In this document: in pieces, positions 11,937 through 23,770 of the stretch
Numbering within the stretch: position 1 is the stretch's first letter
How the letters are laid out: every line of letters starts with the position of its first letter
Assembly: GCA_951406725.2 (NCBI GenBank)
Contig: OX597828.1
Coordinates: forward strand, 74,958,001 to 75,022,000
Reading direction: 5' to 3'
Origin: Octopus vulgaris
Lineage: Eukaryota
DNA: 64,000 bases
Made by a program: the position numbers and the translations under genes
Notes under the pieces: model-generated
What the model was told of the DNA's origin: nothing
What the model saw: only the letters and a program-made list of their open reading frames with translations
Database searches by the model: none

Positions 11937-12124
11937 AGAAGAAACGCAAAACAAAGTGGGATGCCCAGCCGCAGGGTGTTGCCGCGGCACCAGCTGCTCT
12001 TGTGCGGCAACCAGTGGTCACATCGGCAATGTTAAATGCAGCCAGGGGCGCCCTCACGACAGCAGTGACCGGCACAAAGAGTACGGTAATTCCAGCCCTT
12101 GGTAATATCCTCAAGAGCAAATGA
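11937..12124 (+). CDS. SAP30BP: SAP30BP last coding exon (EKKRKTKWDAQPQG...STVIPALGNILKSK*)
   Basis: tttcag acceptor; KRK.KWD motif and C-terminal TVI.A.G.I.K; TGA at 12122-12124. Confidence 0.93.
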
Positions 12125-13225
12125 AGACCTTCGCATTCCAAGATTGCAAACCTTGGAATATTCCTCACTAAACAGACTTCCTTCAGCACCCGTCTCTTTC
12201 CCTTCTACTCATTCCTCTTTCTTTCTTTCATGTTTGGATGGGTGGACCGTATTTTAATGTGTATAAGGAACCCCCTAATTTTGGGGGTTTAAGATTTGGA
12301 AAAATGGTTTTGTAAGGGGTTATAATACTGTCCATGTATAAGAAACTCCCATATTTTTTTAACCTAATTTTTGACAAAAAAGGGTTTCTAATACATGTTT
12401 GAATTGGGTAATTTTTTTTCCCCCTGAAAGGAGGGAACTGGGAGTTGGCCTGGTCCTTGCTAAAGGTACTTGAGAACCAGGTAGAAGCAATGTAGGGGAC
12501 TGACTCCTTTCCCTGCTAATCATTGACACCAGAGTATAGCTGACACTTTTGTTGATTTCTTTTTTTTTTTTTACCCGCAGATTAAAAACTAATTACTACC
12601 AAACCAACCAGAGCAGGATTTGAACCCCAAAAATTGTGGAAGTCAATTTGGTAACAACATCATAACATCCTGGCTAACACCACATGATGTGGGGATATCT
12701 ATGTGGTTGCATCGCCGGCTAGAAATAGCAGCCAGATATCCCTCAAATTGCTCCCTTACTATCTCAGTACAGTAAGGACACATTGATGCAGTTCATGACA
12801 AAATAAGACATGATGGTCATGGCTGGAATATCTTTGATCATTCATCTGCTACATTAGGGCTGACCTGTGGATAAACAGCAATTACATCAACTAATATTAA
12901 TTACTATATTATATTGTAAATAATGTAGTCCTAGATATAGTGACTGAATAGACAGGTTGGTCATGGCTGGATTATGTTTATGGTGTTTTTTTTTTTAATA
13001 TCATTTGTTTCAGTCATTAGGCTGTGGCCATACTGGAGCACCGTCTTGATGAACTTTAGTTGAATGGATTGGCCCCAGTTCTTTTTTTTTTGTTTTTAAG
13101 TTTTGTTCTTATTCTATTGGTTCCTTTTGCTGAACTGCTAAGTTACCGTGACATAGACACACCAACACCAGTTGTCAAGTGGTTGTGGAAGATAAACACA
13201 CAAACATACATGCATGCAAGCAAGA

Positions 13226-15190
13226 AAGCTGAATTACCCAGTAATACTTGGAAAACGTGGTGGGGGGTTGTTTCCAGTTCCTGTTCCCATTACACTGTTT
13301 CATGTCCTATCCAGCTCCCTGTTCAGTTCCTGTTTAAGTTACAAATAGATTTAGAAATACACGGTGACATAGAATAGATTCACAAATACTGGCAAGTAAT
13401 ACAGTTGAATCATAAGATTGATTGATTGAAATGGTCAGGTAATATCAAAGTGGAATTGGTAGGTGATTGGAAGAATGAGAGGATTGACGATGTGCAACTA
13501 TGGAATGGTTGATGGTTGACTATTATCAGTTTTGCAGAGCCTCTTGACATACTACATTTTTGGTGTTGCCCTCTGGAGCATAAAATAAACAAATGATTTG
13601 GATTGTCGACTCTTGAGCATCCTTCATACAGCTAGGCATGGAGGAAAAACAGGTTCTGCAAAGTTTAGGCCTACCATGTCCAAGGACTGTCCTTGGGCCT
13701 TTATGGCCATTGCAAAACTCAGTTGTACAGGAAATTGCAGTCGCTTGAACTCAAATGGGGTGTCTGTAGGAATCAGAGGAATTTGTGGTATGAAGACAAC
13801 CTCACCACTTGCTTTGCCAGTGAGAATGGTTGCCTCTAAGACTCTTAGCATTATCTTGTTGATTGTAAGTCATGTGCCATTGCGAAGCTTGGGTGAATTC
13901 AGGTTTCTTAAAAGTGTGACTGGTGCACCAACCTCGAGGTGGGAGTCTTGCTGGTGCCAGGCTATTCAAAAATTCAGTGGGAAAGTTCACAACTTCATCG
14001 GAGTTTAGCACAGTCAACTGACTTGTAGCTCACCAGGAAGCTGATCCAGGAGTTTGATGTTCAGATCATCCACTGCACCTTCCGTGAGTTGTGTTGTGTC
14101 TCAGATCTTGCAGTGCCCTGTCAAGAGCCTTGAAGGCACCCTTAGGCTCATTGTTACCTCATCCCAGATGATCAACTTGCACTCACTCAAGAGTTTACCT
14201 TTTATTGTGCCATGACTGATGTTGCAGGCTGCCTTCTCTCTCTTGGACAGGTCCAAAGGGAAGCTGAATGACAAATGGACTGTGCAGCCACCATTTAGCC
14301 AGGTGGCAGCTATTCCACTTGAGGCCACTGTTAGGGAAATCTGTTTCATTTGTTGAATTTTAGTCAATAGAAGGTTGATAACAAATGCCTCGTCAGTTCC
14401 ACCCGGAGCATCCAGGAAAAATAGACTTCCCCTTTCGCCTTAATCAAGTTATAAGCATCCCTTTGGTTCTCTATCTGTCACTGCTCGTTATCAGTAACTT
14501 ATGCTGTCATTTGTTTGGTCTCATAGTTGATCTCCTGCATGTACTCAATTGCTATCAGGCCAAAAGTGGCAATTCCTTGGACTCTCATAGCTTGGACTTG
14601 TGTGTCCATGTCAAGTAGTGCCTCATTGTAAATTGCATCATTGATGTTGATATTTTCAGCTGAGCTCCGTCTCTGAATCCTGTGCAGGATGTCCTCAGCC
14701 AGGCTTTCTTTGTGGGTCTCTCAACACAGTTGACTTGGCACTCTGCTAATTGCTGCCTCCCCCAGTGTCTGATGCCAGTGGCTATCATCCTCCAGTCGCC
14801 CATGTTTGGAACAGGCTTCTCTGTAGGTCGTACTGACCTCTTCATTGTACCTTCGCAGGTTTGTGAATGATGTAGGACCTCTGACAGTGTGCAGCAGCAG
14901 ACACAAAGATACGCTCCTACTGATTGAGATGCACAGTGTACATCTGCCTGATGGCCACGGTTCTGAAGACACGATGCCCTTCCTAGCCCTCAACTTGTGG
15001 TTCTTGCTTGCACCTGTTCCCTCTATTGTGTGCTCAGGTGTAGTAGACAGGAAACTCAACATACAGCAGTGTTCTTGTAAACAGGTCAATCTGGCATAGC
15101 TTGAAGAAAGCTGTCTGCGGGGTTTTGGGCAGTATCTTCTGTAAAATACACATGCTGGCCATTTTCAAGATGAACAGCCAGATTCACCGC
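13226..15190 (-). mobile_element. Degenerate Helitron (Rep/PIF1-like helicase fragments) just downstream of SAP30BP
   Basis: Frameshifted fragments LAVHLENGQHVYFTE, VASSGIAAT, LIIWDEVTM and FIPQIPLIPTDTPFEFKRLQFPVQLSFAM..KAQGQSL; decayed 3' terminus near 13226-13252 (minus CCAAGTATTACTGGGTAATTCAGCT). Confidence 0.88.
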
Positions 15191-18100
15191 TGTTGGATGC
15201 TGCTCGCGAGTGTAGTGAGTGCTTTTTACGTGCCACCGGCACAGGTACCAGGGGAGTCTGGCAGTGGCCACAATTGGTTGGTGCTTTTAACGTGCCACCA
15301 GCACGGAAGCCAGTCATATATATATATATATATATAATACATACACACACCTTATATAAGAAATAACAAAACAGCAAGCATGAGACTCACCAAATCTGCA
15401 ACTAGATAATCAATGAAGCTTTCTCTCCTTTTCCCTTTGTCACAGTTTGCTGTCTTCTTCTTTGAGTTTCATCATTGGTCTCCAATGCCGAATCAAAGTA
15501 TGACCGTTTCGAAGGTCTTGATGTGTTGTCCAATGTCCGTCTGTCTAAATCTGTTTTGTCCGTTTCTGTGTTTGAGTTTGGACAAGTGCCTTCCTTGAGA
15601 AGCTGCCCAACTATAGCAAACGGCTGGTACACAACATCGTTCACGTTTTTTGTCACCTACAATAGGAGAGATGCTGCATGACCATCGATTTTTTTGCTGC
15701 CATCAAACTTGCTCCATGAGACCTGTTGTTTGTCGGAATCTGGTGGCATATTTTGTTTGTCTGAATTTTCAGATTTGGTATACTGAAATAATTTACCACT
15801 TTAAATCCAATTTTGTTATAAGTATTAAAATTTACTCTTCCCTTCAGTAAACACATTTTCTGAAACATTTTACCTTTCACTTGTTATCAGAGACTGATAA
15901 TAAAACGGACTGGTGTCAGTTTGTTCAGTGTAACATCTGTCGTTGGACGTATTGTAAAAGTTTTGACTGAGTTGATTCACTAAAACATATGCGTTGTGAT
16001 AGGAAGAAATGAAAGGACAAAGCATTAAAATTCGCTCTTCCCTTCTGATGGAAACTGGGAGAAGCCCATGTGTGTGTGTGTCTCTCTCTGTTCCCTCACT
16101 GCTTGACACTCCTGTAACTTAGCAGTTTGGCAAAAGAGACTGGTAAAAATGTACTGGTGTTAATTTGTTCAATTAAAACCCTTAAAGTGATGCCCCAGTG
16201 TGGCCACAGTCCAATGATTAAAACAAATAATCTGTAAAGCCTCGTGTTATATGACTTTAAATATGGTCAGAGGTCACCATGAAGATTTGGGTATGGTCAG
16301 AGGTCACTATTATCTGTTGCCTAAGTGTCTGAGGTCAAAGTTCACTATATTTTTCCCAGTTGGTGCGTCTGAGAAAGTGAAGAATTTTCTGCATATAATC
16401 ATAAAAATATATTCATCTCCTCCAAGTGTTTCCAATTCCATCCCACCCCGTCTCTTGTGTTCATCTTGGATGCTGAAAGACTGAGTTTGTAAATATTGTA
16501 AATAAACTTCTACTTTCTTAAATTATTATTATATCTGATTTATTCATCAATCAATTAAATGTCAATTCATTTTTGTTTGTAATTACTTCTACTGTTTTCA
16601 TGGCTTTTTATTTATATTTGCTTCTGCCCAGCAAGAAAGGTTCACACAATTTTGGTACAGTTGAATAATTGTGTGTTTTTGAAAATATCTGTACAGTTGA
16701 ATAGAAGTGGAAGAACCTAACATCAATTCTATAGAACGAGGTAAAAAGTATTTTTCATCTGTGTTTGTGTGTGATGTTGGTGATGAGAGGAATGTGACCA
16801 GGTGAGACTCTGGCATAACTCTAGTGGTGGTGGTTAAGCAGTCTTGCTTCCCAACCATTTGGAGTTCAACCACTACTGCATGACACCTACGGCAAATGAC
16901 TTCTACTATAGCCCTGGGACAGCCAAAACCTTGTGAGAGGATTTGATAATCAGAAACTGAAAGAAGCCTATTGTGTGTGTGTGTGCGTGTGTGTGTGTGT
17001 GAGTACCCTTGTCTTAACATGATGTGATAGTTGTAACCTTCACCTTCAAGCAAGTGGTATTGCTTGTTTCCAATCTTTGTGAAGAACATGTCTGGCCAGA
17101 GGAAAATGCTGCTGTTGTTTGGAGACTTTTTAGGATCGGCAATAGGAGGGGCATCGGGCTGTAGAAAATCTGCTTTGATGAATTCTGTCTGACCTCTGCA
17201 AGTATGGAAAAGTGGTCATAAACTTAGCATTTGAACCAACCGTATCCAACCGGCATGAGAAACGGACTCTTAAATGATGATGATGATGATGATGATGATC
17301 CAGCCCAAATATTTAAAAAATATTGCACAGAAGGGTGAGAAAGGAACACAGCCTCTTTTATGTTCAATCTGGCCAGAGCTGGTCTTTCACACCAGCCTAC
17401 AATGTCATTTAGAAATAAGCACGTCATCAGAATCACGAAGCTTGGGTTAAATCATGTTTAATTCAAAACTGAAAAAAGAAAAAAAAAAACAAGTCTTACA
17501 TTTGACCGAGTAATCTGAATGGTAAAAGGTTGAAATTATGATGGTTCTAGTAATTTTGTTATTTCTTGTGTAGAGACACGTTGAAGAGTAATATTGCAAT
17601 CTGCTTCAGGTTGAAGCAGGTATGACATAGAAAACCTGATTGATTTCAGTATTTTGTCCTGAGATCGTTTCTCTTATTGATTTACACTGTTAAAAAGCAC
17701 AAATGTTTGAGTAACAACAGATTTTGTCTTAGCATGAGGTTTGCTGTTGACAAAGCCCAAAGACACAGAAATGCACATTTAGCAATGTCACCTGCGCTGC
17801 TGGGGGTGGTTTTGATTTTAAACACTGAGTTTATAAGAAATACTATCTCTGGACAGATACCACGCTTAGTGGCACATAACTGGCACCTGTGCCAGTGGCA
17901 TGTAAAAGGCACCCTTTGAACAAGTGACCGAGGCCTTTGGCAATATACTATGCTTGGGAAGATCTGTGAAGCCAAGTGAGATCGTAGTCATGGCCGATGC
18001 CTGTGTTTTGTAACTGGCATTTAAAAAGCATCCATTACACTCTTGGGACTGGTTGGCATGAGGAAGGGCATCCAGCTATAAACAGACTGGAACCTGGTGC

Positions 18101-18364
18101 AACTCCCCAGCTTACCAGTTTTCAGTCAAATCGTCCAACTCTTACCAGCATGGAAAATGGACATTAAAATGCTGATGTCTCTGCTTCAAGTAAGATACAC
18201 AGATTGCTACTATTAGCTAATACTGCTTCTGTTTCACATAACGATGAATAGTATTGTTGATCTGAGATTGTAGGTTTTAACAGGACTTTATGAATGCCAA
18301 AATGGTTTTTGTATTTTATTCTCGGAGTCCCAGCCAGTAATCAGTAGGACCTGTCAGTGAGGAT

Positions 18365-18990
18365 TGCATTGCCTTGGCATTATTTTGGGTCCGCATTATT
18401 TCGTCTGCCACCAGGTTCTAAGTTCAAATTCTGCCGAGGTTGACTTTGCCTTTCATCTTTTTAGAGCCGCTTAAATAAGTACCAGTTACGCACTGGGGTT
18501 GATGGAATCATCTTAATCCCTGCTGCCAAATTTGAAGCCTTGTGCTTCCAGTAGAAAAACTGATATTGGGTCTGCATGTTGGCAGAATCGTTTGCATATC
18601 AGACACAATGCTTAGCAGTATTTCTTCTGGTTTTACATTTTGAATTCAAATTCTGCCACCCTTTTGGGTTGACAAAATAAGTACCAGTTGAGCACTGGAG
18701 TCGATATAATCAACTCCCCTTTCCCCCAAATCTCAGATCTTGTGCCTATGATAGAGAGGATTATACTGGGTCTATAAACTGGCAGAATTGTTAGCATGTC
18801 AGACAAAAGGCTCAGCAGTATTTCTTCCTGTTCATCAGGTCCTGAGTTCAAATTCTGTCAAGGTCGACTTTGCTTTTCATCCTTTCAGGGTCGATAAAAT
18901 ATGAACAAATTGAACTTTGGGATTGATGTAAGTGACTGACCCCCTTTTCACAAAAATTTCAGGCCTTGTGCCAATAGTAGAAAGAAATAG
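18365..18990 (+). mobile_element. Three tandem family B SINE units; further copies at about 19298-19460, 19880-20085, 25605-25785, 29985-30185 and 39190-39400
   Basis: Same unit as 5935-7325. Confidence 0.75.
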
Positions 18991-21900
18991 TCTTATTGGG
19001 TCTTTGAAGAATACCCAAGGAGAAAATCTAAGTGTTGGAGGCATTGTAACGTAGACCCCGGTCAGCTTTGATGAAGTAAATCTAACATCAAAGACTCTCC
19101 AACCATGACTACCACTTTTTTTTTTTGGCAGGGACTTCATCAAAATGTATATCTTTATTAATTCACCAAACAGAATGATGATGATCAAAAACAGAGAATC
19201 AGCCAGTTTATTATGGAAACAGAAGGAAGAGTATCTCCAAAACTTGGAAGCAATTTTAAATGAGGCAGATTTCACTACTACTTTTAGCAAGGGAAGTCAG
19301 GCGGCAAGCTGGCAGAATTGTTAGCGGAATTTCGTCCCTTTTTACGTTCTTAGTTAAAAGACTTTTCCTTTCATCCTCGATAAAATCGATACCAGTTGAA
19401 TACTGGGGTCGATATAAATGACTTTAACACCGAAATTGCTGGCCCTGTGCCAAACGTTGGAATTTTTGCAAGGGAAGTAACCACTGCTGTCAGGAGAGCG
19501 AATTCATGTTAATTTGAGGAAATATCTATTTTGTGGTGAGAATGGTCCTTATATTGAAGAAAGGTCCATTAAGAGACTTTAGATATTCTTGTCATATTTA
19601 CGGTCAAATTCTGAAGCCATTCTTAACCAAGTTCCATTTAAAGAGTGTAAAGGAACCAACTTCTTGACATTTCTCATGACAGCATGTCTTACGGCCCTTC
19701 ATGAAAAACTCCTCTGACTGTCTTAGAGAAGGAAAGAAAACGAAATACACATTGGACGATATAATTATAGATTCTCCTAAATAGATGGGATGTCCATGGT
19801 TGGAACAGTTTTGATCAGGGAGCTGCTGGATCAGTGTTGACCAACATAAAACAGTTCTTACATAATATTGCAGCATACAGCAGTGAGATGGCAAAATCGG
19901 TTGCAGACTGGGGGGGGGGGAATGCTTAGCAGCATTTCGTCTCTCTTTATGTTCTGAGTTCAAATTCTGCTGAGGCCGACGACCTTTCATCCTTTTATGA
20001 GTTGATAAAATGAGTACAGTTGAGCAGTGGGGTTGATGTAGTCAGCAACCATCTGCCCCCAAAATGTCAGGCTTTGTATATCAGAGAGGAATGTTGAAAT
20101 GAGTAAAAAGCTAAAACAAGATAAAAGAGATGATTTATAGTTACAAGCCAAAATGTAAAAACTACTTCAGTGTCATTTAACTTCCTATAAATAGCAGCTA
20201 TATATTCCTCAAATTGCACTGTCTCCAAGAGAATGTGGTCCCTCGTTATCAGATTGGAACCTGGTGCAGTTCTCCAGCTTACCAGTTTCAGAATAACCCT
20301 TTAACCCAGTGTCTGCCAAACTGTTCCGCGAGAGATTCCTGGAATGCCATGAAAAATATTTTCAGGAAACAACAATCCTAGAACATTTGCAAAGTTTGAT
20401 CATGAATATAAATCAATCATATAAATCGTAAAATACAGTAAATATGAATTATGTTAGGAGGTGTTTGGTGCAGCCATCTGGTCCGCCAGACCTCAGTCAA
20501 ATCGTCCAACCCATGCTAGCATGGAAAGCGGACGTTAAACAGCAATGATGATGACAAACAGCAGGTTTGCTAAAATATATTACGTTTCTGCATTTAAACC
20601 AGGATTGTCTGTAAATTGTTTAGTAGTCCTGGTAGTTTTTAAATTTTGATTTATTTATAATTTACATAAATTATTTTGTTAATTTTAATCGATTTTAGTT
20701 TTAGATTTAAAAGTGGACAAATTTTTATTGAGCTCAAAAAATGAGAAAGTCAGGGCAAACAAAATGAACGCCAGAATAAAAATTCCACTTCATCAAAAGG
20801 AAAATATCATAATGGTGAGATTGTTGGTACCACTTTTATGATGTGGTGTATTATCTTATTTATATGGTTTCTACTGGGATAGATAATAAATACATTTTAT
20901 TTCTCGAGTAGGAATGTATATTGATAAACCCATCACTTATAACTTAATCATAAGTATTATCACTATACATAGATCTCAACTCAAGCTGCATAAATGCTGT
21001 ACTGAAATATATATATATCAAGACACTTAATGGACGTGTTGAATGTGCATGTATGTTGAAGATAAGTTTGCGTTCTTTTTCACTGCTATAAAAACAGTTT
21101 CATAATTGCAGAAATAAATTTCATTAACAGGTTGGAAAAAAGTGAGGAAAAAGAAAATGTTTACTACATTGGTTAATTTATGTACCTTTAATATTTACAG
21201 TACATTTGGAAGTAAAGCAATTTGTCGTAGAGAGTTACGACAAACTTATACTAGTTAATTCTTTCATACTAAACTGTCAGAGTTTACACAACAATTCAAA
21301 TAAGTCTTGTTGGATTTAAAAGACATGGCATAAAAATAGCCAATATCTCATAGGAGTGAGTGTTGTGGAGTCTATTGACAACCAACGATCACTGATTAAT
21401 TTGCCCAAAATCAGGGTTTTTATAACTGCTCATACCTGAATTCTAAGAACCGTATTTCGTGAAAGAATTCTCTTTGACGAAAGTTTAGAATTCAAATATG
21501 GGCAGTAATTTTAACCAATGGGAAACCAACAATTATACTTGTTCGGGCAACATGGCCATTACGTCATATTACCACCTTTTACGACTTGCTTGCTGCTCAC
21601 TATAATATAATGAAAATTACATCCGATATAGTTTTATATTATTGGAAAAAAACCCAACTCAGTTCCTTTTTGTAACAACACTCTCAAATGAAGCGACAGT
21701 TCCCAGGAAATGTCAATAATAAATCATAAAGACGAACCAAAAGAATTCTTTGAAATAGCAAAAAATAATTTCAAAATTCAATCAAAAGAGGCTGAAGAAA
21801 TTTCACTCAATTCCTGAGAAAGCTCAAACTGCTGGTAGCAAGATTGCCCAGCTTTTGGCAAAGAAGGGAAAAAAACATTTTTTGATACCGAAAACATTAT

Positions 21901-22981
21901 TTTACCATCCTTGGAGATTGCCGTTGGCACAAGGATTAGTGATGAAGCTGTCAAACAAATTAAGACCTTCCTTTGTCTGCCCCTCGTAAAATTCAAGACA
22001 TTTCGTGAGACATTGATGATCATCTCCATAAACATTTCACTGAAACGAAGAATGAACTCGAAAACTTGTGGGCCTTCGATGAAAGTACAGACATCAGCCA
22101 CAACCCTACGGTGCAGACTTTTTGCATCCTTATGTGAAAACATGGATTATGATTTTAAGCATTTACTGCTTCATACAGAAGTGTGATGGCCCTCAAAAGG
22201 AAAAGTGCTCTCATGATTTATCTCTTTGCGAACTGTAATAATATGTTTCTTCGATGCTGCAAATTCTGGATTCGAATTTCTTAACAATGATAATTGGTGG
22301 CTGGAACAATCCTTTTTTGAATTTGAGGCTGCAAGGAGCGAACAAAAATATTATTACAATTACTGGCAAATTAGTCTTTCACCAACAAGTTAGGACAGTG
22401 CATAAGCAAAGTTAAAAACTCGCAGCTTGATTGCTTCTCAAGCCCCGAGGCTTTTCCAAACAAATTTAAAATTATGTCAGAAGTGTGGAAGACAGTAGAA
22501 AACCATTCTGGATCATTTTCTAAGTATTTTCCATCACTTGATTATCCAATGCACGAGTGGGTGATCAATCCTTTCAGAAGGTACAACAGTACACACCTGC
22601 CATTAACATTAACAGAAGAACATCATTTAATAGACTTGAAAAACGGTCCTGTGCACAAAGCCTCGTTTTCTGTGCTAGAATTGTCAGAATTTTGGGTTTC
22701 GCTTTGGAGCCAATATCATCGATTATCTACGACAGCCGTTAAATCTCTGTTGCTCTTTGGAGCGTCGTATCTCTGCGGATTAGGTATCTTTGTGCTTATG
22801 GAAATGAGTTACATATTTTTTAAAATCTAATTTAAAGTTGTTACGGAGATGTATTCGCATAGCAAGTAATTTGATCTGAGATCGTGTGCTGAAACGAAAA
22901 CAATTGCAGCGTGGAAGGTGTTTATAAGCCATTTAAGAAACACACAAAAGCCGTTCGATTCACTCCAACATTTAAGTTTAA

Positions 22982-23031
22982 TTTGTCAAAATATTTTCGT
23001 CGCTAAAATCCGCGACCTGTTCACTGACAAA
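22982..23031 (-). ncRNA. Minimal type I hammerhead-like ribozyme with a G3:C8 swapped core
   Basis: UUUGUCA-GUGAACA-G-GUCGC(GGAUUUUA)GCGAC-GAAA-AUAU-UU-UGACAAA: 7-bp helix I, 5-bp helix II, palindromic helix III AAUAUU. Confidence 0.6.
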
Positions 23032-23069
23032 GTCCGTGCTGCATCTAAGAAAGTAACAGTTAGTTCGTC

Positions 23070-23215
23070 ATATATATGTACGCATGTATGTGTGTATGTA
23101 TGCATACATGTGTGTATGTATGTACGTATGCATGTACGCACATACGCCTGTGTATGCATGTATGTATGTATGTATGTATGTATATATGTATGTGTGTGTA
23201 TAAGCACGCACATAC
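23070..23215. repeat. (TATG)n-like microsatellite
   Basis: Visible tetranucleotide repeat. Confidence 0.85.
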
Positions 23216-23412
23216 ACTCTATAAAACATAAAGTTATAAACCTGTAGCGATGGATGGATGTAGTGACCACTCATCACAACGCTATCAAATTTCAACTCCC
23301 TACGGCCGAGGCTAGAAAGTGAATTTATGACGCTTGCTCACAAGAACTATACCCTAAAATCTATTATCAGATTTTTATCTCTATATCACAGAACTAATGT
23401 TTTACTATTGTT

Positions 23413-23770
23413 CGTATGTATGTATGTATGTATGTGCGTATGTATGTATGTATGTATGTATGTGCGTATGTATGTATGTATGTATGTATGTGCGTATGTA
23501 TGTATGTATGTATGTATGTGCGTATGTATGTATGTATGTATGTATGTATGTACATACGTACGCATGTGCGTATGTATGTATACGCGCTCGTATGCATGTG
23601 CCCATGTATGTGTGTGTGTACATGTACGTGCATATGTACGTGTGTATGCCCATACGTAGGTATGTATGTATGTTTGTATTCATGTGCTACGTATGTATGT
23701 GAGTGTCTAGGAGAATGGGCAGATGTGTCCGTGAGAGTGTGTACATGTGTATGTGTATGTGAACGTATGT
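23413..23770. repeat. (TATG)n microsatellite with periodic TGCG interruptions, decaying distally
   Basis: Visible; accounts for the MYVC/HTYI ORFs. Confidence 0.9.

Noticed and set aside
11572-12105. 177-aa His-rich ORF
   Set aside because: Reads through the SAP30BP exon at 11617-11665 into a (CAT)n-rich intron and continues out of frame over the last exon.
15402-15850. ORFs next to the Helitron, possibly its N-terminus or a captured gene fragment
   Set aside because: No recognisable motif beyond weak resemblance; cannot be assigned without a search.
21426-21505. Imperfect inverted repeat inside the hAT
   Set aside because: Short and mismatched; probably a small MITE remnant with nothing further to support.
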